Shown here in pieces: positions 22,501-32,012 of a stretch of DNA of 64,000 nt. Position 1 is the first letter of the stretch. Each line of letters begins with the position of its first letter. The DNA is from an uncultured Clostridium sp. GTDB taxonomy: Bacteria; Bacillota; Clostridia; TANB77; CAG-508. The notes beneath the pieces were generated by a model. That model had not been told where the DNA came from, did no database searches, and saw only the letters and a program-made list of their open reading frames with translations. Made by a program: the position numbers and the translations under genes. Location: the NCBI GenBank assembly GCA_946411515.1, contig CAMKEH010000003.1:47572-111571 (forward strand). The letters are read 5' to 3'.

Positions 22501-23015
22501 TTTCCTGTTCTTACATCTGAAATTGTATAATATCCCTCATTGTCATATGTAAATTGGAATTTTTGACTTCTATCACTATAACATATATTCCATATTTGAA
22601 CATTTTCATTTTTATCTATATCCAATATCATTTTTGTATCTAAAAAAGTTCTTATTTCATATATTCCATCTTCGATAATATAAGAATTGTTACTATTTTC
22701 TTCAATATTACTATTTAAAATTTCAGAACTTTTTTGTTGCTCTATACAAACATCATATTCATTGTTGATTTCTGTCTCGTTATTTAACAAAATGTTTTCA
22801 TTATTTGATACATTTTTTTCTTTTTGAATGTCTGTAACATTTTCTATCGTATTTGTTTCAATTTCCCCTGTTTCATTATTATCAACTATATTTTCTTGAA
22901 TTGTTTCATCTTCATTTATAATTAAATCATTATTTGCCAACACAAAATTAAACATATTACTTATAAAGATCAAAATTAATACATTGATAATTACCTTTTT
23001 TATATGATTTTTCAT
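19581..23015 (-). CDS. secreted cell-wall hydrolase: 5 ricin-B (beta-trefoil) lectin modules + C-terminal N-acetylglucosaminidase-like (GH73-type) domain
   Basis: N-terminal hydrophobic anchor. 148-aa modules with QxW motifs (GQKWKIE, NQKFQF). C-terminal FHLASRMIQEQG...YNNYLNHGQNT resembles clostridial glucosaminidase autolysins. Confidence 0.7.
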   Translation of the reverse strand: MKNHIKKVIINVLILIFISNMFNFVLANNDLIINEDETIQENIVDNNETGEIETNTIENVTDIQKEKNVSNNENILLNNETEINNEYDVCIEQQKSSEILNSNIEENSNNSYIIEDGIYEIRTFLDTKMILDIDKNENVQIWNICYSDRSQKFQFTYDNEGYYTISDVRTGKVLDVYGGYTKPGTNVQMWEANGTDGQKWKIEKNGEGYLIISKVSNLYLDVYGGYTAAGTNVQVWTRNESNGQKWKIEESNKEEKIIDDGIYQIKTILDTKKVLDVTGGSLNNGANIEIWNNLNGDNQKFQFTYDNEGYYTISDVRTGKVLDVYGGYTKPGTNVQMWEANGTDGQKWKIEKNGEGYLIISKVSNLYLDVYGGYTAAGTNVQVWTRNESNGQKWKIEESNKEEKIIDDGIYQIKTILDTKKVLDVTGGSLNNGANIEIWNNLNGDNQKFQFTYDNEGYYTISDVRTGKVLDVYGGYTKPGTNVQMWEANGTDGQKWKIEKNGEGYLIISKVSNLYLDVYGGYTAAGTNVQVWTRNESNGQKWKIEESNKEEKIIDDGIYQIKTILDTKKVLDVTGGSLNNGANIEIWNNLNGDNQKFQFTYDNEGYYTISDVRTGKVLDVYGGYTKPGTNVQMWEANGTDGQKWKIEKNGEAYSIISKVSNLYLDVYGGYAVAGTNIQVWTNSESGGQNFIFEKTTKNVLENGIYEIQTIIDRNKVLDITGRSIENGANVEIWERTEANNQKFNITYVGDGYYTISDVRTGKMLDVYEGNTNPGTNVQMWEANGTDGQKWKIEKNGEGYAIISKVNNLYLDIYGGYTAAGTNVQVWTKNESNGQRFILNVTKVKNENKSNFQAVDTAKYPGYKDVLTQLQNAHPNWTIKLVYTGLDWNSVLTAEEGYSYGEPYSLTQAGGEWRNYSDSNSYQGGWYKASRKAIAYMMDPRNSLDQYYVFQFQNLARSSNETLENVSNITNGKYLQNYASTIVNASESYNVSAFHLASRMIQEQGNSGWSVNGYWYNNNGTMIKVYNFANINATGTTMDEIIANGSQYAFEHRWYTPEACIYGTAQYIYNNYLNHGQNTKYFEKYNVVVKPYYTNQYMQNIRAANDEGYATAKAFERNGLLNTPYEFLIPVYENMPVTACPRPSN
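21075..22566. repeat. perfect tandem repeat, period 444 bp, ~3.3 copies, inside the GH73 autolysin gene
   Basis: Sequence at x equals sequence at x+444 wherever I compared it across this span. Identical shadow ORFs occur at 21416, 21860 and 22304. Each unit encodes one 148-aa ricin-B module. A diverged copy lies at ~20630-21075. Confidence 0.9.
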
Positions 23016-23034
23016 AAATTATCACATCTTTCTT

Positions 23035-26000
23035 TTATTTAGTTCTTTCAATATATTCAATATTAAAATCTACTAAAGAATCAATTCCCTCTAATACTCC
23101 TGTTGATGAATACTGCCATATTTCATGTTTTCCAAAATATTCAAATTTTTCTTCTGGTATATATCCATCATTTATTCCATATGCTGCAAACCAAATCGAA
23201 TAATCTTCTGGAAGTTCATTAACATCTATTTTATTTTCTAGCCAATATTTGTTAGCATATATTCCTGTTTTATATCCATGTGATTTTAATACACCACAAA
23301 AAACATTTGCCATTTGGGTTAGTACATCCACTGATAAATCCCCTTGACTTTTATGATCTTCTAAATCATAAAAAACTGGTAATTCAAATTCTTTTCCTGA
23401 TAACCAATTTAATACATTATATGCTTCTGCATATGCACCTTCAATATCTGAAGCATAAGAATATACGTATGTTCCAATAGGAATGTTTAATCTCTTGCAT
23501 TCAGAATAATTTCTTTCAAATTGATCATCTTTTTGATAATCATTTCTTCCATATCCTACACGGGCAATCACAAAATCTACCTTTCTTGTTGATTTTAATA
23601 AATCAAAATCAATTGTATGTTGAAATGTAGACACATCTATCCCAAATCTAACATCGTCAAATGCAAATTTTTGTGAGTTTCCTTCATTTCCAGTATAAAT
23701 TTGCACATTAGTTCCTTCTCTTGTATATCCACCATATACATCTAAATATAGTCCCGAACTTTTTGAAATAACATAATAATATCCATCTTTTGCTTTTTCT
23801 ATTTTCCATTTTTGTCTGTCTGTTCCATTTAATTCCCACATTACTACGTTTGTTTCTGGATCCTCATTTTCATTACTTATTGTTAATAATTTACCTGAAT
23901 TTTCACATATTATATAATAATATCCATTGCCTTCATATTTTAAACTGAATTTCTGATTTAAAACATTTGAACTATTCCATATTTCAACATTTGCTCCATT
24001 TTCTTTTGAATTTTTTTCTACATCTAATGCCATATTTCTACTAACAGCCGTTCTTATTCTGTAAGTTCCTTCTGATATCACTGGCACATCTTCTACTTTT
24101 TCAAATTCAAATCTTTGATTTATATTTCCATTATTTGTCCACATTTGTATGTTTGTACCTTCATTTGTAAATCCTCCGTATACATCCACGTATAATCCAT
24201 TGCATTTAGAAATTATTGAATATCCATCTTTTTCTTGAGCTATATACCACTTTTGCCCATCAGAATTATTTGAACTATATTGTTGTACATTTGTTCCTGC
24301 ACTTTGGTTTCCCCCATATACATCAAGCATTTTCCCCGAATTAAGAACTTCAATGCTATAAGTTCCTTCATTTTTTAGATACTTTATGTTAAACATTTGA
24401 TTTCTTGCATTCTCATTATTACCCACTTGAATATTTGCTTCATTTATTATAGAAGAATTTTTAACTTCTAAATTTTTATTTGTATCATTTTTTAATTTTA
24501 TCCTATATATTCCATTTTCTAGATTTTGTTTTATTTCTTCTGTCTCTTCAAATATAAACTTTTGCCATTTTACTTCTGTTGAATTCCATATCTGTATATT
24601 TGTTCCATTTTGTATATATCCTCCGTATATATCTAAACATAATCCACTAGCTTTTGATATTATTGAATATTCATTTTCATTTTTATCTATATACCATTTT
24701 TGTCCATCTGTTCCATTTTCTTCCCATACTTGTACATTAGTTCCTGGTTTCGTGTATCCTCCATATACATCTAATACTTTTCCTGTTGCTATTGATTTTA
24801 TAATATAACATTCTTCATCTTCAATATAAATAATTTGGAATTTTTGAATATTGATATTTTTATCTTTCCAAATATTAACATTTCCTGTATTTGTATTAAC
24901 ATTTAATACATTTTCTAAATCATCAACATTCCTTATTTTATATATGCCTGATTCTATTGTTTTTTCATGTTTTTTATTAATGTCTTCAAATATAAACTTT
25001 TGCCATTTGGCTCCTGTTGACTTCCACATTTGCACATTTGTTCCATTTTGTGTATATCCTCCGTATATATCTAAACATAATCCACTAGCTTTTGATATTA
25101 TTGAATATTCATTTTCATTTTTATCTATATACCATTTTTGTCCATCTGTTCCATTTTCTTCCCATACTTGTACATTAGTTCCTGGTTTCGTGTATCCTCC
25201 ATATACATCTAATACTTTTCCTGTTGCTATTGACTTTATTATATAACATCCTTCATCTTCTATAAATTCTAATTCAAACTGCTCTGTATTAATGATTTTT
25301 TGTTCCCATATTTCTACATTTCCTGTGTTTGTATTAACATTTAATAATTTTGTTATATCATTAACATTCCTTATTTTATATATACCTGATTCTATTGTTT
25401 TTTCGTGTTTTTTATTAACGTCTTCAAATATAAACTTTTGCCACTTGGCTCCTGTTGAATTCCATATTTGTACATTTGTTCCATTTTGTGTATATCCTCC
25501 GTATATATCTAAACTTAATCCACTAGCTTTTGATGTTATTAAATATTCCTCTCCATTTTTATCTATATACCATTTTTGTCCATCTGTTCCATTTTCTTCC
25601 CATACTTGTACATTAGTCCCTGGTTTCGTATATCCTCCATATACATCCAATACTTTCCCTGTTGCTATTGACTTTATTGTGTAACATCCTTCATCTTCTA
25701 TAAATTCTAATTTAAACTGCTCTGTAATAGTGTTTTTTTGTTCCCATATTTCTACATTTCCCGTGTTTGTATTAACATTTAATAATTTTTTCGTATCATT
25801 AACATTCCTTATTTTATATATACCTGATTCTATTGTTTTTTTCATTATTATATTGTTTTGTTCTTCAACTGATGAATCTTTAGAATCAATAGTATTTATA
25901 TCATTATTAACTATATTATTTTTTTCTTGAATTTTTTTATTTTCATCTTTTACAGGTAAAGTATTTTCTATTTCTTCATTCAATATATTGTCAGACTCTA

Positions 26001-26187
26001 TTCTATTAATAATATTATTCATATTTTCTGTATTTGTATTATTACTAGTATTATTTATACTTTCTATATTCATATTATTGCTATTTTCTTCATTTGAGTT
26101 ATTGTTATCTATCTCAAATGCTATAACTTCAGGCATAAATAATATAATTAATATAATTATTATTATTAATACTTTATTTTTTTTCAT
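23035..26187 (-). CDS. secreted cell-wall hydrolase: 5 ricin-B lectin modules + C-terminal GH25 muramidase
   Basis: Signal/anchor and Asn-rich linker, then 147-aa QxW modules. C-terminus GIDVSTFQHTIDF...ARVGYG...YDLEDH is the GH25 signature. Confidence 0.75.
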   Translation of the reverse strand: MKKNKVLIIIIILIILFMPEVIAFEIDNNNSNEENSNNMNIESINNTSNNTNTENMNNIINRIESDNILNEEIENTLPVKDENKKIQEKNNIVNNDINTIDSKDSSVEEQNNIIMKKTIESGIYKIRNVNDTKKLLNVNTNTGNVEIWEQKNTITEQFKLEFIEDEGCYTIKSIATGKVLDVYGGYTKPGTNVQVWEENGTDGQKWYIDKNGEEYLITSKASGLSLDIYGGYTQNGTNVQIWNSTGAKWQKFIFEDVNKKHEKTIESGIYKIRNVNDITKLLNVNTNTGNVEIWEQKIINTEQFELEFIEDEGCYIIKSIATGKVLDVYGGYTKPGTNVQVWEENGTDGQKWYIDKNENEYSIISKASGLCLDIYGGYTQNGTNVQMWKSTGAKWQKFIFEDINKKHEKTIESGIYKIRNVDDLENVLNVNTNTGNVNIWKDKNINIQKFQIIYIEDEECYIIKSIATGKVLDVYGGYTKPGTNVQVWEENGTDGQKWYIDKNENEYSIISKASGLCLDIYGGYIQNGTNIQIWNSTEVKWQKFIFEETEEIKQNLENGIYRIKLKNDTNKNLEVKNSSIINEANIQVGNNENARNQMFNIKYLKNEGTYSIEVLNSGKMLDVYGGNQSAGTNVQQYSSNNSDGQKWYIAQEKDGYSIISKCNGLYVDVYGGFTNEGTNIQMWTNNGNINQRFEFEKVEDVPVISEGTYRIRTAVSRNMALDVEKNSKENGANVEIWNSSNVLNQKFSLKYEGNGYYYIICENSGKLLTISNENEDPETNVVMWELNGTDRQKWKIEKAKDGYYYVISKSSGLYLDVYGGYTREGTNVQIYTGNEGNSQKFAFDDVRFGIDVSTFQHTIDFDLLKSTRKVDFVIARVGYGRNDYQKDDQFERNYSECKRLNIPIGTYVYSYASDIEGAYAEAYNVLNWLSGKEFELPVFYDLEDHKSQGDLSVDVLTQMANVFCGVLKSHGYKTGIYANKYWLENKIDVNELPEDYSIWFAAYGINDGYIPEEKFEYFGKHEIWQYSSTGVLEGIDSLVDFNIEYIERTK
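24514..25836. repeat. diverged tandem repeat, period ~441 bp, 3 copies, inside the GH25 autolysin gene
   Basis: Three consecutive modules TIESGIYKIRNV...KFIFE(D/E), highly similar but not identical. Shadow ORFs at 24851, 25292 and 25730. Confidence 0.8.
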
Positions 26188-26287
26188 TTTATTTACCTCT
26201 TGATTTTATTGTATATTTTAATAATTCAAAAGTCAATATATTTAGCTAATGTATATTTTTCTTCTATTTCAATATTTTACCTATGTT

Positions 26288-27277
26288 TTATTTTTCTTTT
26301 TTTACTTTCCTTGCTCTTATCTTCATAAAAGTTGGAATAAGCGAATTTATTATTTTATATCTAATTAAAGGAAATGGTTTTGTAATAAAATTAAAAATAT
26401 ACCAGAATATAAAATAAATTTTCCATCCATTTTCATAGTTTTGCCCTTTCCAAGGAGTTAAATTTAAATAATTATCATAATCATTTTTGTATTTATGATG
26501 ATTTCCTATTCTCCAAGGTCTTTCTTCTCCTAAATAATGTATTATTGTAGGATTTTCTACACATTGCTGAAATTGTTCATAATCAAAATACTGTACATCA
26601 TTCATTAATTTTTTTAAAAAATTATATGGATACTGATAAAAAATATTATAAAAATTATATTTTGGTAATAATGTATATATTTTTTCCTTTAAAGCTCCAT
26701 TTATAGCATCTTGGTCGTTTGCAAATAATTTTCCATTATTTTCTTTATAGAAATCTAATATTTTTTTACCTGTTTTTTCTTTTCTCCATTTTTTTAAATC
26801 AATTAATAAAACCCCTGCATTATAATAAGGATGTCCTTTTAATCCCAAATTTTCTTTTCTTTCTTTATCAACTGTTGGTTCTATACTTGCGGCTATGACA
26901 TTGTTTGATAGATCTATATTCCATAATTCATCTAGATTTCCTCTAACAATTGTATCACCATCTAAATATAATACTTTATTAATATCTTCTGACAAAAGCT
27001 TATCTATAAGTAGTCTTGCTAAAACTATTGAATTCCATCCCGTTGTATCAAATTCAAAGTCAAAATAATCCTTAATATTTCCTAATTCAATTATTTTCAT
27101 ATTTCTTCCATATTTTTTTGCAAAATCAATTAGCTTCTTTTTATTTGCATCAGTTATCTCTTTTGAAATTAAATAAAATGTTATATTTTTTATTTGTTTA
27201 TTATTTTCACATACTGAACATATTCCTGCTGCAACTTGTGGAACGAATTTATCATTTAATGTATACAAAATATTCAT
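26288..27277 (-). CDS. glycosyltransferase family 8
   Basis: YLDGDTIV (DxD), NAGVLLIDL and HYLGEERPW motifs. Confidence 0.75.
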   Translation of the reverse strand: MNILYTLNDKFVPQVAAGICSVCENNKQIKNITFYLISKEITDANKKKLIDFAKKYGRNMKIIELGNIKDYFDFEFDTTGWNSIVLARLLIDKLLSEDINKVLYLDGDTIVRGNLDELWNIDLSNNVIAASIEPTVDKERKENLGLKGHPYYNAGVLLIDLKKWRKEKTGKKILDFYKENNGKLFANDQDAINGALKEKIYTLLPKYNFYNIFYQYPYNFLKKLMNDVQYFDYEQFQQCVENPTIIHYLGEERPWRIGNHHKYKNDYDNYLNLTPWKGQNYENGWKIYFIFWYIFNFITKPFPLIRYKIINSLIPTFMKIRARKVKKEK

Positions 27278-27281
27278 TATA

Positions 27282-28523
27282 TCAAATCTCCTCTTTTTTT
27301 ATTTTATTATTTATTATTATTATAGCTGTTATATAAAATACAATGAAATATAATACCATTGTTATTAAATAAGCATATATGGCTCCATTAAACCCAATAT
27401 TTAATACTAAAATATTAGATAATACCAATTCAAATATAGAAATTAATATATATATGATAAATTGTATAAGAGTACATCTCATTGTAACTAATATTGGAGT
27501 AATAATATTAGCCATAGTATATAAGGTTGCTCCTATTAAAATAATCAATAAAGCAAAACTATATGAACTAAGGTCAATACTATACATTATTCCTAATATA
27601 GGTGTCCCAATATAAAATCCTACAATTGAGCATAATATACCTATAAGAAATATAGTTAATATGATTTTATATAATATTTTTTTTATATTTCTAAATTCTT
27701 TTTTCTTAAAGAAATCAAATATTTTATTTATATATGGATGAATAATTAATTGAGCCAATAATCCCATTACAGTTGCTGGCATTATAATATACCCAAATAT
27801 AGCTTGTAAATCATCACTTAAATAATTATCTATTGAATATTTTTGTGCATTTGTTATATATACCCCAAGAAGAGATATAGCAAATGTAAAGAAGCCACTT
27901 TTAAAAATCTTTAATATATTATCTTTATGTATTTCTTCTTTCTTATCTATATATTTTTTTGCATGTCTATAATCATAGAAAAATGTAACTAATATATATA
28001 CTATTACTAGCGATGTACATGAAATCAATACATTTTTTGTAAATAAATCTATTACTAAGAAGGATAATATGCATAAAACCGACTTTAAAAAATAAGATTT
28101 TCCTACTTTTTCTAATAAATCATTTTTCTGTAATACTCCATATAAGACATCACTAAATGCCTCTATTACTTTATAAAACCCTAAAATTAAAAATATTATT
28201 ATTTTATAAATAACATATCCTTTTATTATTACAAAGCAACATCCTAGTAAAAACGCAATACTACAGGAAATAACCCTATTTAATATATAGTCTTTATTGC
28301 TGATATTGTTGTCATTTTCAGTTACTTGAAATATTCTACCTGCATATATTCCTATCATATACATTATACATGCTGTTGCATAAGCAATTGCAAATATTCC
28401 TGTTTCGTTAATTCCATTAATACGTGTTATTATTATCATATAAAACAACGATGTAAAAGCATTTAAAGTTGTTCCTATAGTATTCCATATAAAATTTTTT
28501 CTAAATTGTTTTTTTTCTTGCAT
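27282..28523 (-). CDS. Wzx-type polysaccharide flippase (MOP superfamily)
   Basis: 413 aa with ~12 TM helices and no soluble domain. Lies in a glycan locus. Confidence 0.6.
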   Translation of the reverse strand: MQEKKQFRKNFIWNTIGTTLNAFTSLFYMIIITRINGINETGIFAIAYATACIMYMIGIYAGRIFQVTENDNNISNKDYILNRVISCSIAFLLGCCFVIIKGYVIYKIIIFLILGFYKVIEAFSDVLYGVLQKNDLLEKVGKSYFLKSVLCILSFLVIDLFTKNVLISCTSLVIVYILVTFFYDYRHAKKYIDKKEEIHKDNILKIFKSGFFTFAISLLGVYITNAQKYSIDNYLSDDLQAIFGYIIMPATVMGLLAQLIIHPYINKIFDFFKKKEFRNIKKILYKIILTIFLIGILCSIVGFYIGTPILGIMYSIDLSSYSFALLIILIGATLYTMANIITPILVTMRCTLIQFIIYILISIFELVLSNILVLNIGFNGAIYAYLITMVLYFIVFYITAIIIINNKIKKEEI

Positions 28524-28545
28524 CTTTTCTCCTATTTTTATAAAT

Positions 28546-29334
28546 CTAAACTTTATTCGTTTTTATTGCACCTTTATAAGTTTTCATCAATAATTTAGCA
28601 ATTGGATTTGGCCAAAATTTTTTAAACATTTCTAAATCTTCTTCTAATCTTACATTATTCTGAATTAAATTAGATGTTTCAGATTCTTCATGTATTCTGT
28701 GACACATTAATTCTTTATTTATGTATAAAAAGTTGCCTTTGTATTTCGTCATTTCATACCAAGTATCCCAATCTAAATCGCATTTTAATTTTGTTTTATA
28801 TGGATTTTCTCCTGTAATTCTTTTATTAATAGTTACGCTAGGACAACATATACTACACCCAAACGATAAACTTCTCCTTTTTATAAATTTTGATTTTCTA
28901 AAAAATCTTAAAGGAAACAATAAAAATTTCTTAATTTTTAAATTTTTGGTTAATTCAATTTCTTTACCATTTTTTATTTCTCTATAATCTGTAAAAGCAA
29001 TAACAAAATCTTTTCCTTTTTCTAAGTAATTTACAATTTCTTCAAGATAATTATCTTTATATAAATCATCTTGGTGTATAACAGTTATGTAATCAGTTTT
29101 TGCTTTACTTACCCCAAAATTCCAGTCTTGACCTATTCCTTTCTCGCCATCATTAACATATAATTCAATTTTATATTTTTGGGCTATACTTTGAATATGA
29201 TTATTGGGTGTAGATGTAGTCATTATTATATTACTTTTAACCTTTTGATTCATTATAGATTTGATACATTCTTCTAAGTATTCAGACTCTTTATATGCAC
29301 ATATAATAAAAGTATGATTTTTATATTCTTTCAT
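28546..29334 (-). CDS. glycosyltransferase family 2
   Basis: GT-A N-terminus FIICAYKESEYLEECIKS and an acidic HQDD motif. Confidence 0.65.
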   Translation of the reverse strand: MKEYKNHTFIICAYKESEYLEECIKSIMNQKVKSNIIMTTSTPNNHIQSIAQKYKIELYVNDGEKGIGQDWNFGVSKAKTDYITVIHQDDLYKDNYLEEIVNYLEKGKDFVIAFTDYREIKNGKEIELTKNLKIKKFLLFPLRFFRKSKFIKRRSLSFGCSICCPSVTINKRITGENPYKTKLKCDLDWDTWYEMTKYKGNFLYINKELMCHRIHEESETSNLIQNNVRLEEDLEMFKKFWPNPIAKLLMKTYKGAIKTNKV

Positions 29335-29337
29335 ATG

Positions 29338-29712
29338 TTACTCCTTGTTTTCTTTATTATTAACACTTTTTTCCAGTTTTTCTACTCTTTTCTTTAACAA
29401 TGAAACTTCTTGTATTAATAATGTATTTTTCTTTTCTTCTTTAGATACTAGAGTCATAAGTTCATGTATTAAATATAGTACAATAAATATCGCCACACTA
29501 AATATCATATTTAAAGGCACTTCAAATCCAACTGTATTTGAAATTATTGTTATTAAGTCTGGAAATAATAAAGCAATAAATAAAAATATTCCAATAATAA
29601 TCCAGAAAATCAAATAATTAATTCTCATATTTTTCTTTTTTACTGCCTTTACTATAATAGCTAAGTATATTATCATTATTATTATTAAAGCTACTCTTAA
29701 AATTATATTCAT
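29338..29712 (-). CDS. small membrane protein, DUF2304-like
   Basis: 124 aa with TM helices followed by a coiled-coil tail. 4-nt overlap with the upstream polyprenyl-P GT2, the usual partner arrangement. Confidence 0.5.
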   Translation of the reverse strand: MNIILRVALIIIMIIYLAIIVKAVKKKNMRINYLIFWIIIGIFLFIALLFPDLITIISNTVGFEVPLNMIFSVAIFIVLYLIHELMTLVSKEEKKNTLLIQEVSLLKKRVEKLEKSVNNKENKE

Positions 29713-30437
29713 TGTTTTTTTCTCCTTTTTTTTAAACTTATACTATCTACTATTATAGCTAATACTACTTTTACCATATAGTCAATTGATTTTAGAGGGG
29801 TAACAAAAGATTTCCCTTCTTTTCTTTCATTCATACTAACTGGTATTTCTTCTACTCTATATTCATTTACCAATAAAGATACTGTGGATTCTGGCTCTGG
29901 ATATTCTTTTGGATATTCTTTTGCAAATTCTTCAATAACTTTTTTGTTCGCTGCTCTAAACCCTGATGTTGGATCTGTTATTTTTTTGCCAGCAAAAATT
30001 TTTATAACTATTGATATGATCCTTGATCCAAATCTTCTCAAAAAAGTTGATTGAAATTCACTTGATCTTTTATCCAAATATCTTGTGCCAATACACATAT
30101 CTGCTTGTCCTTCAATAATAAGCTTACAAATATTTTCAACATAATTAATGTCATGTTGTCCGTCTCCATCAAATTGAACTGCGATATCATAATTATTCTC
30201 ATATGCGTATTTATATCCAGTTTGCACTGCTCCGCCGATTCCTAAATTATTTATCAAATTAACATGATTTAGATTATTTTTTAATAAGATTTGTAGTGTA
30301 TTATCTTTTGATCCATCATTAACAACTACATAATCTAACTTTAGTTCTTTTTCTTCACTAAAATCTTCTATTTTTTTAATTACATTCATTATATTTTTTT
30401 CTTCATTGTATGCTGGTATAATTAATATAATTTTCAC
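29709..30437 (-). CDS. polyprenyl-phosphate sugar synthase, GT2
   Basis: IIPAYNEEKNI, VNDGSKD and DGDGQHD motifs. 242 aa soluble GT-A. Confidence 0.75.
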   Translation of the reverse strand: MKIILIIPAYNEEKNIMNVIKKIEDFSEEKELKLDYVVVNDGSKDNTLQILLKNNLNHVNLINNLGIGGAVQTGYKYAYENNYDIAVQFDGDGQHDINYVENICKLIIEGQADMCIGTRYLDKRSSEFQSTFLRRFGSRIISIVIKIFAGKKITDPTSGFRAANKKVIEEFAKEYPKEYPEPESTVSLLVNEYRVEEIPVSMNERKEGKSFVTPLKSIDYMVKVVLAIIVDSISLKKRRKKQ

Positions 30438-30461
30438 TGTTAGTCTCCTTTTATTTAAATG

Positions 30462-32012
30462 TTATATAAAAAATAATATCATATTTTTTATAAATAATAT
30501 ATTTATTAAAAATGAGCATATAGGAATTAGTAAATTTATATTTTTAATTTTTATATAATTATTTTTTTTACATAAAGCTAATAATGGTAATATTGCGATA
30601 GGTAGAAAATATCTTCCTTGTACTCCTTCTACAACATTAGCTCCAACTTTAGTCCATTCTAAATATAGGCCCGTTATTATTAATACATACATTATTATTG
30701 TTAAAGAAATTATTCCTATTTTCTCATCAATTTTTAATACTTCCTTATTGTTTTCAGCAAAAGCAGAAAAGATCAGCAATACTATATAACTAATACTATA
30801 ATATGCAGGGGCTTTTATTGATAACCATCCCATATAATCTCCTATCGAACTAAATAAATAATAGTCACTATTTACAATAAAATTATTATACAATGTTCCT
30901 AAATATTTAATTGGATTTGTTATAATAGCATTTTTTTGTTCTTTTGAATTTACCCCATTTTCTTCTAAAAAGCTTTGATAATACTGATTTGTATATTGAC
31001 TATTTATTTTACTAAAAATCAAAAAAGTTCCCAGACAGATACTAATAACCAACATTCCAAAGACTATTTTTTCCTTTTTTAATAAATCTTTTCTTCTTTT
31101 GGTGATTATAAAACTTATTGCAATAAGCGGTATATATGGAACTTTTACTACACCTATTAATGCCGTTAAAACTAAATATATAATTTTTTCTTTCTTTTTT
31201 AATCCTTCCTTTTTAAATGCCAAGAAAAGTGTATATGAAATAAATAGAATAATAATTGCATTCATAATACTATCTACTGATACAGCTGTTGCTTGATGCA
31301 TCATCATTGGTATCATAAAATATACTGAAAGTAATATTTTGCCAAATGGAATCTTTTTTATTGACCAATATGCCAAAAACAAAAAAACTATAAAATTAGT
31401 TATTTTTGCAAAATATATAGCAAAAAATATATTTAATCCAAATGTTCTCGCAATGAAAAATGCTATTGAATATCCTAAGTAAAATATGAAAAGATATCCT
31501 TTTGCTGGAGAATCAACTTGTACAGTTTTATTATAATTGTGTGAATCATTATTATAATAAGCTTCCTCTAATACATTATATTTAGTTAATACTGTTTCTT
31601 TATATATTGATAATACTTCTGGAATATTAGTTTTACTTTCTCCATTTTCATCAAATTCTGTAAAAAATTTTCCCTCAGATATTTCATAAGCTTTCCAAAT
31701 GTGTGGACAAGCATCTGGCGTATAAGTCGGCAACATAAATGTAATATATAGAATTCCAATAGGAATTACAAAATTCAAAAACATTTTTTCTATTTTATTT
31801 TTTTCTTTTATACAATTAAAAACTAATATAAATGTGAATATTACTCCGGTGATAATTATATATATCAATAGTCTTTTTGACCAATATCCATCATATCTTT
31901 TTGTCATTATTAATTCAAAGAAATTTATGCTAAAAAATAGCATAGTAATAAATTCTATTAGATATTTTGTTTTATAAAAAGTTCTTAACAGCACTCCTAT
32001 ATTTTTTTTCAT
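30462..32012 (-). CDS. polytopic membrane protein, GT-C-like (DUF2142-type) extracytoplasmic glycosyltransferase candidate
   Basis: 516 aa with 12 or more TM helices. Located immediately downstream of the polyprenyl-P-sugar synthase. Confidence 0.4.
   Translation of the reverse strand: MKKNIGVLLRTFYKTKYLIEFITMLFFSINFFELIMTKRYDGYWSKRLLIYIIITGVIFTFILVFNCIKEKNKIEKMFLNFVIPIGILYITFMLPTYTPDACPHIWKAYEISEGKFFTEFDENGESKTNIPEVLSIYKETVLTKYNVLEEAYYNNDSHNYNKTVQVDSPAKGYLFIFYLGYSIAFFIARTFGLNIFFAIYFAKITNFIVFLFLAYWSIKKIPFGKILLSVYFMIPMMMHQATAVSVDSIMNAIIILFISYTLFLAFKKEGLKKKEKIIYLVLTALIGVVKVPYIPLIAISFIITKRRKDLLKKEKIVFGMLVISICLGTFLIFSKINSQYTNQYYQSFLEENGVNSKEQKNAIITNPIKYLGTLYNNFIVNSDYYLFSSIGDYMGWLSIKAPAYYSISYIVLLIFSAFAENNKEVLKIDEKIGIISLTIIMYVLIITGLYLEWTKVGANVVEGVQGRYFLPIAILPLLALCKKNNYIKIKNINLLIPICSFLINILFIKNMILFFI

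Noticed and set aside
20213-22552. Plus-strand ORFs inside the autolysin genes (for example the identical 82-aa ORFs at 21416, 21860 and 22304, and the 130-aa ORFs at 24851 and 25292)
   Set aside because: These are shadow ORFs on the antisense strand of long, well-supported minus-strand genes. They have low-complexity Leu/Phe/His-rich sequences and repeat only because the coding repeat does.
21075-22566. Possible CRISPR array or satellite, suggested by the regular repeat spacing
   Set aside because: The period is 444 bp with no short repeat-spacer structure. The region is one continuous ORF encoding lectin modules.
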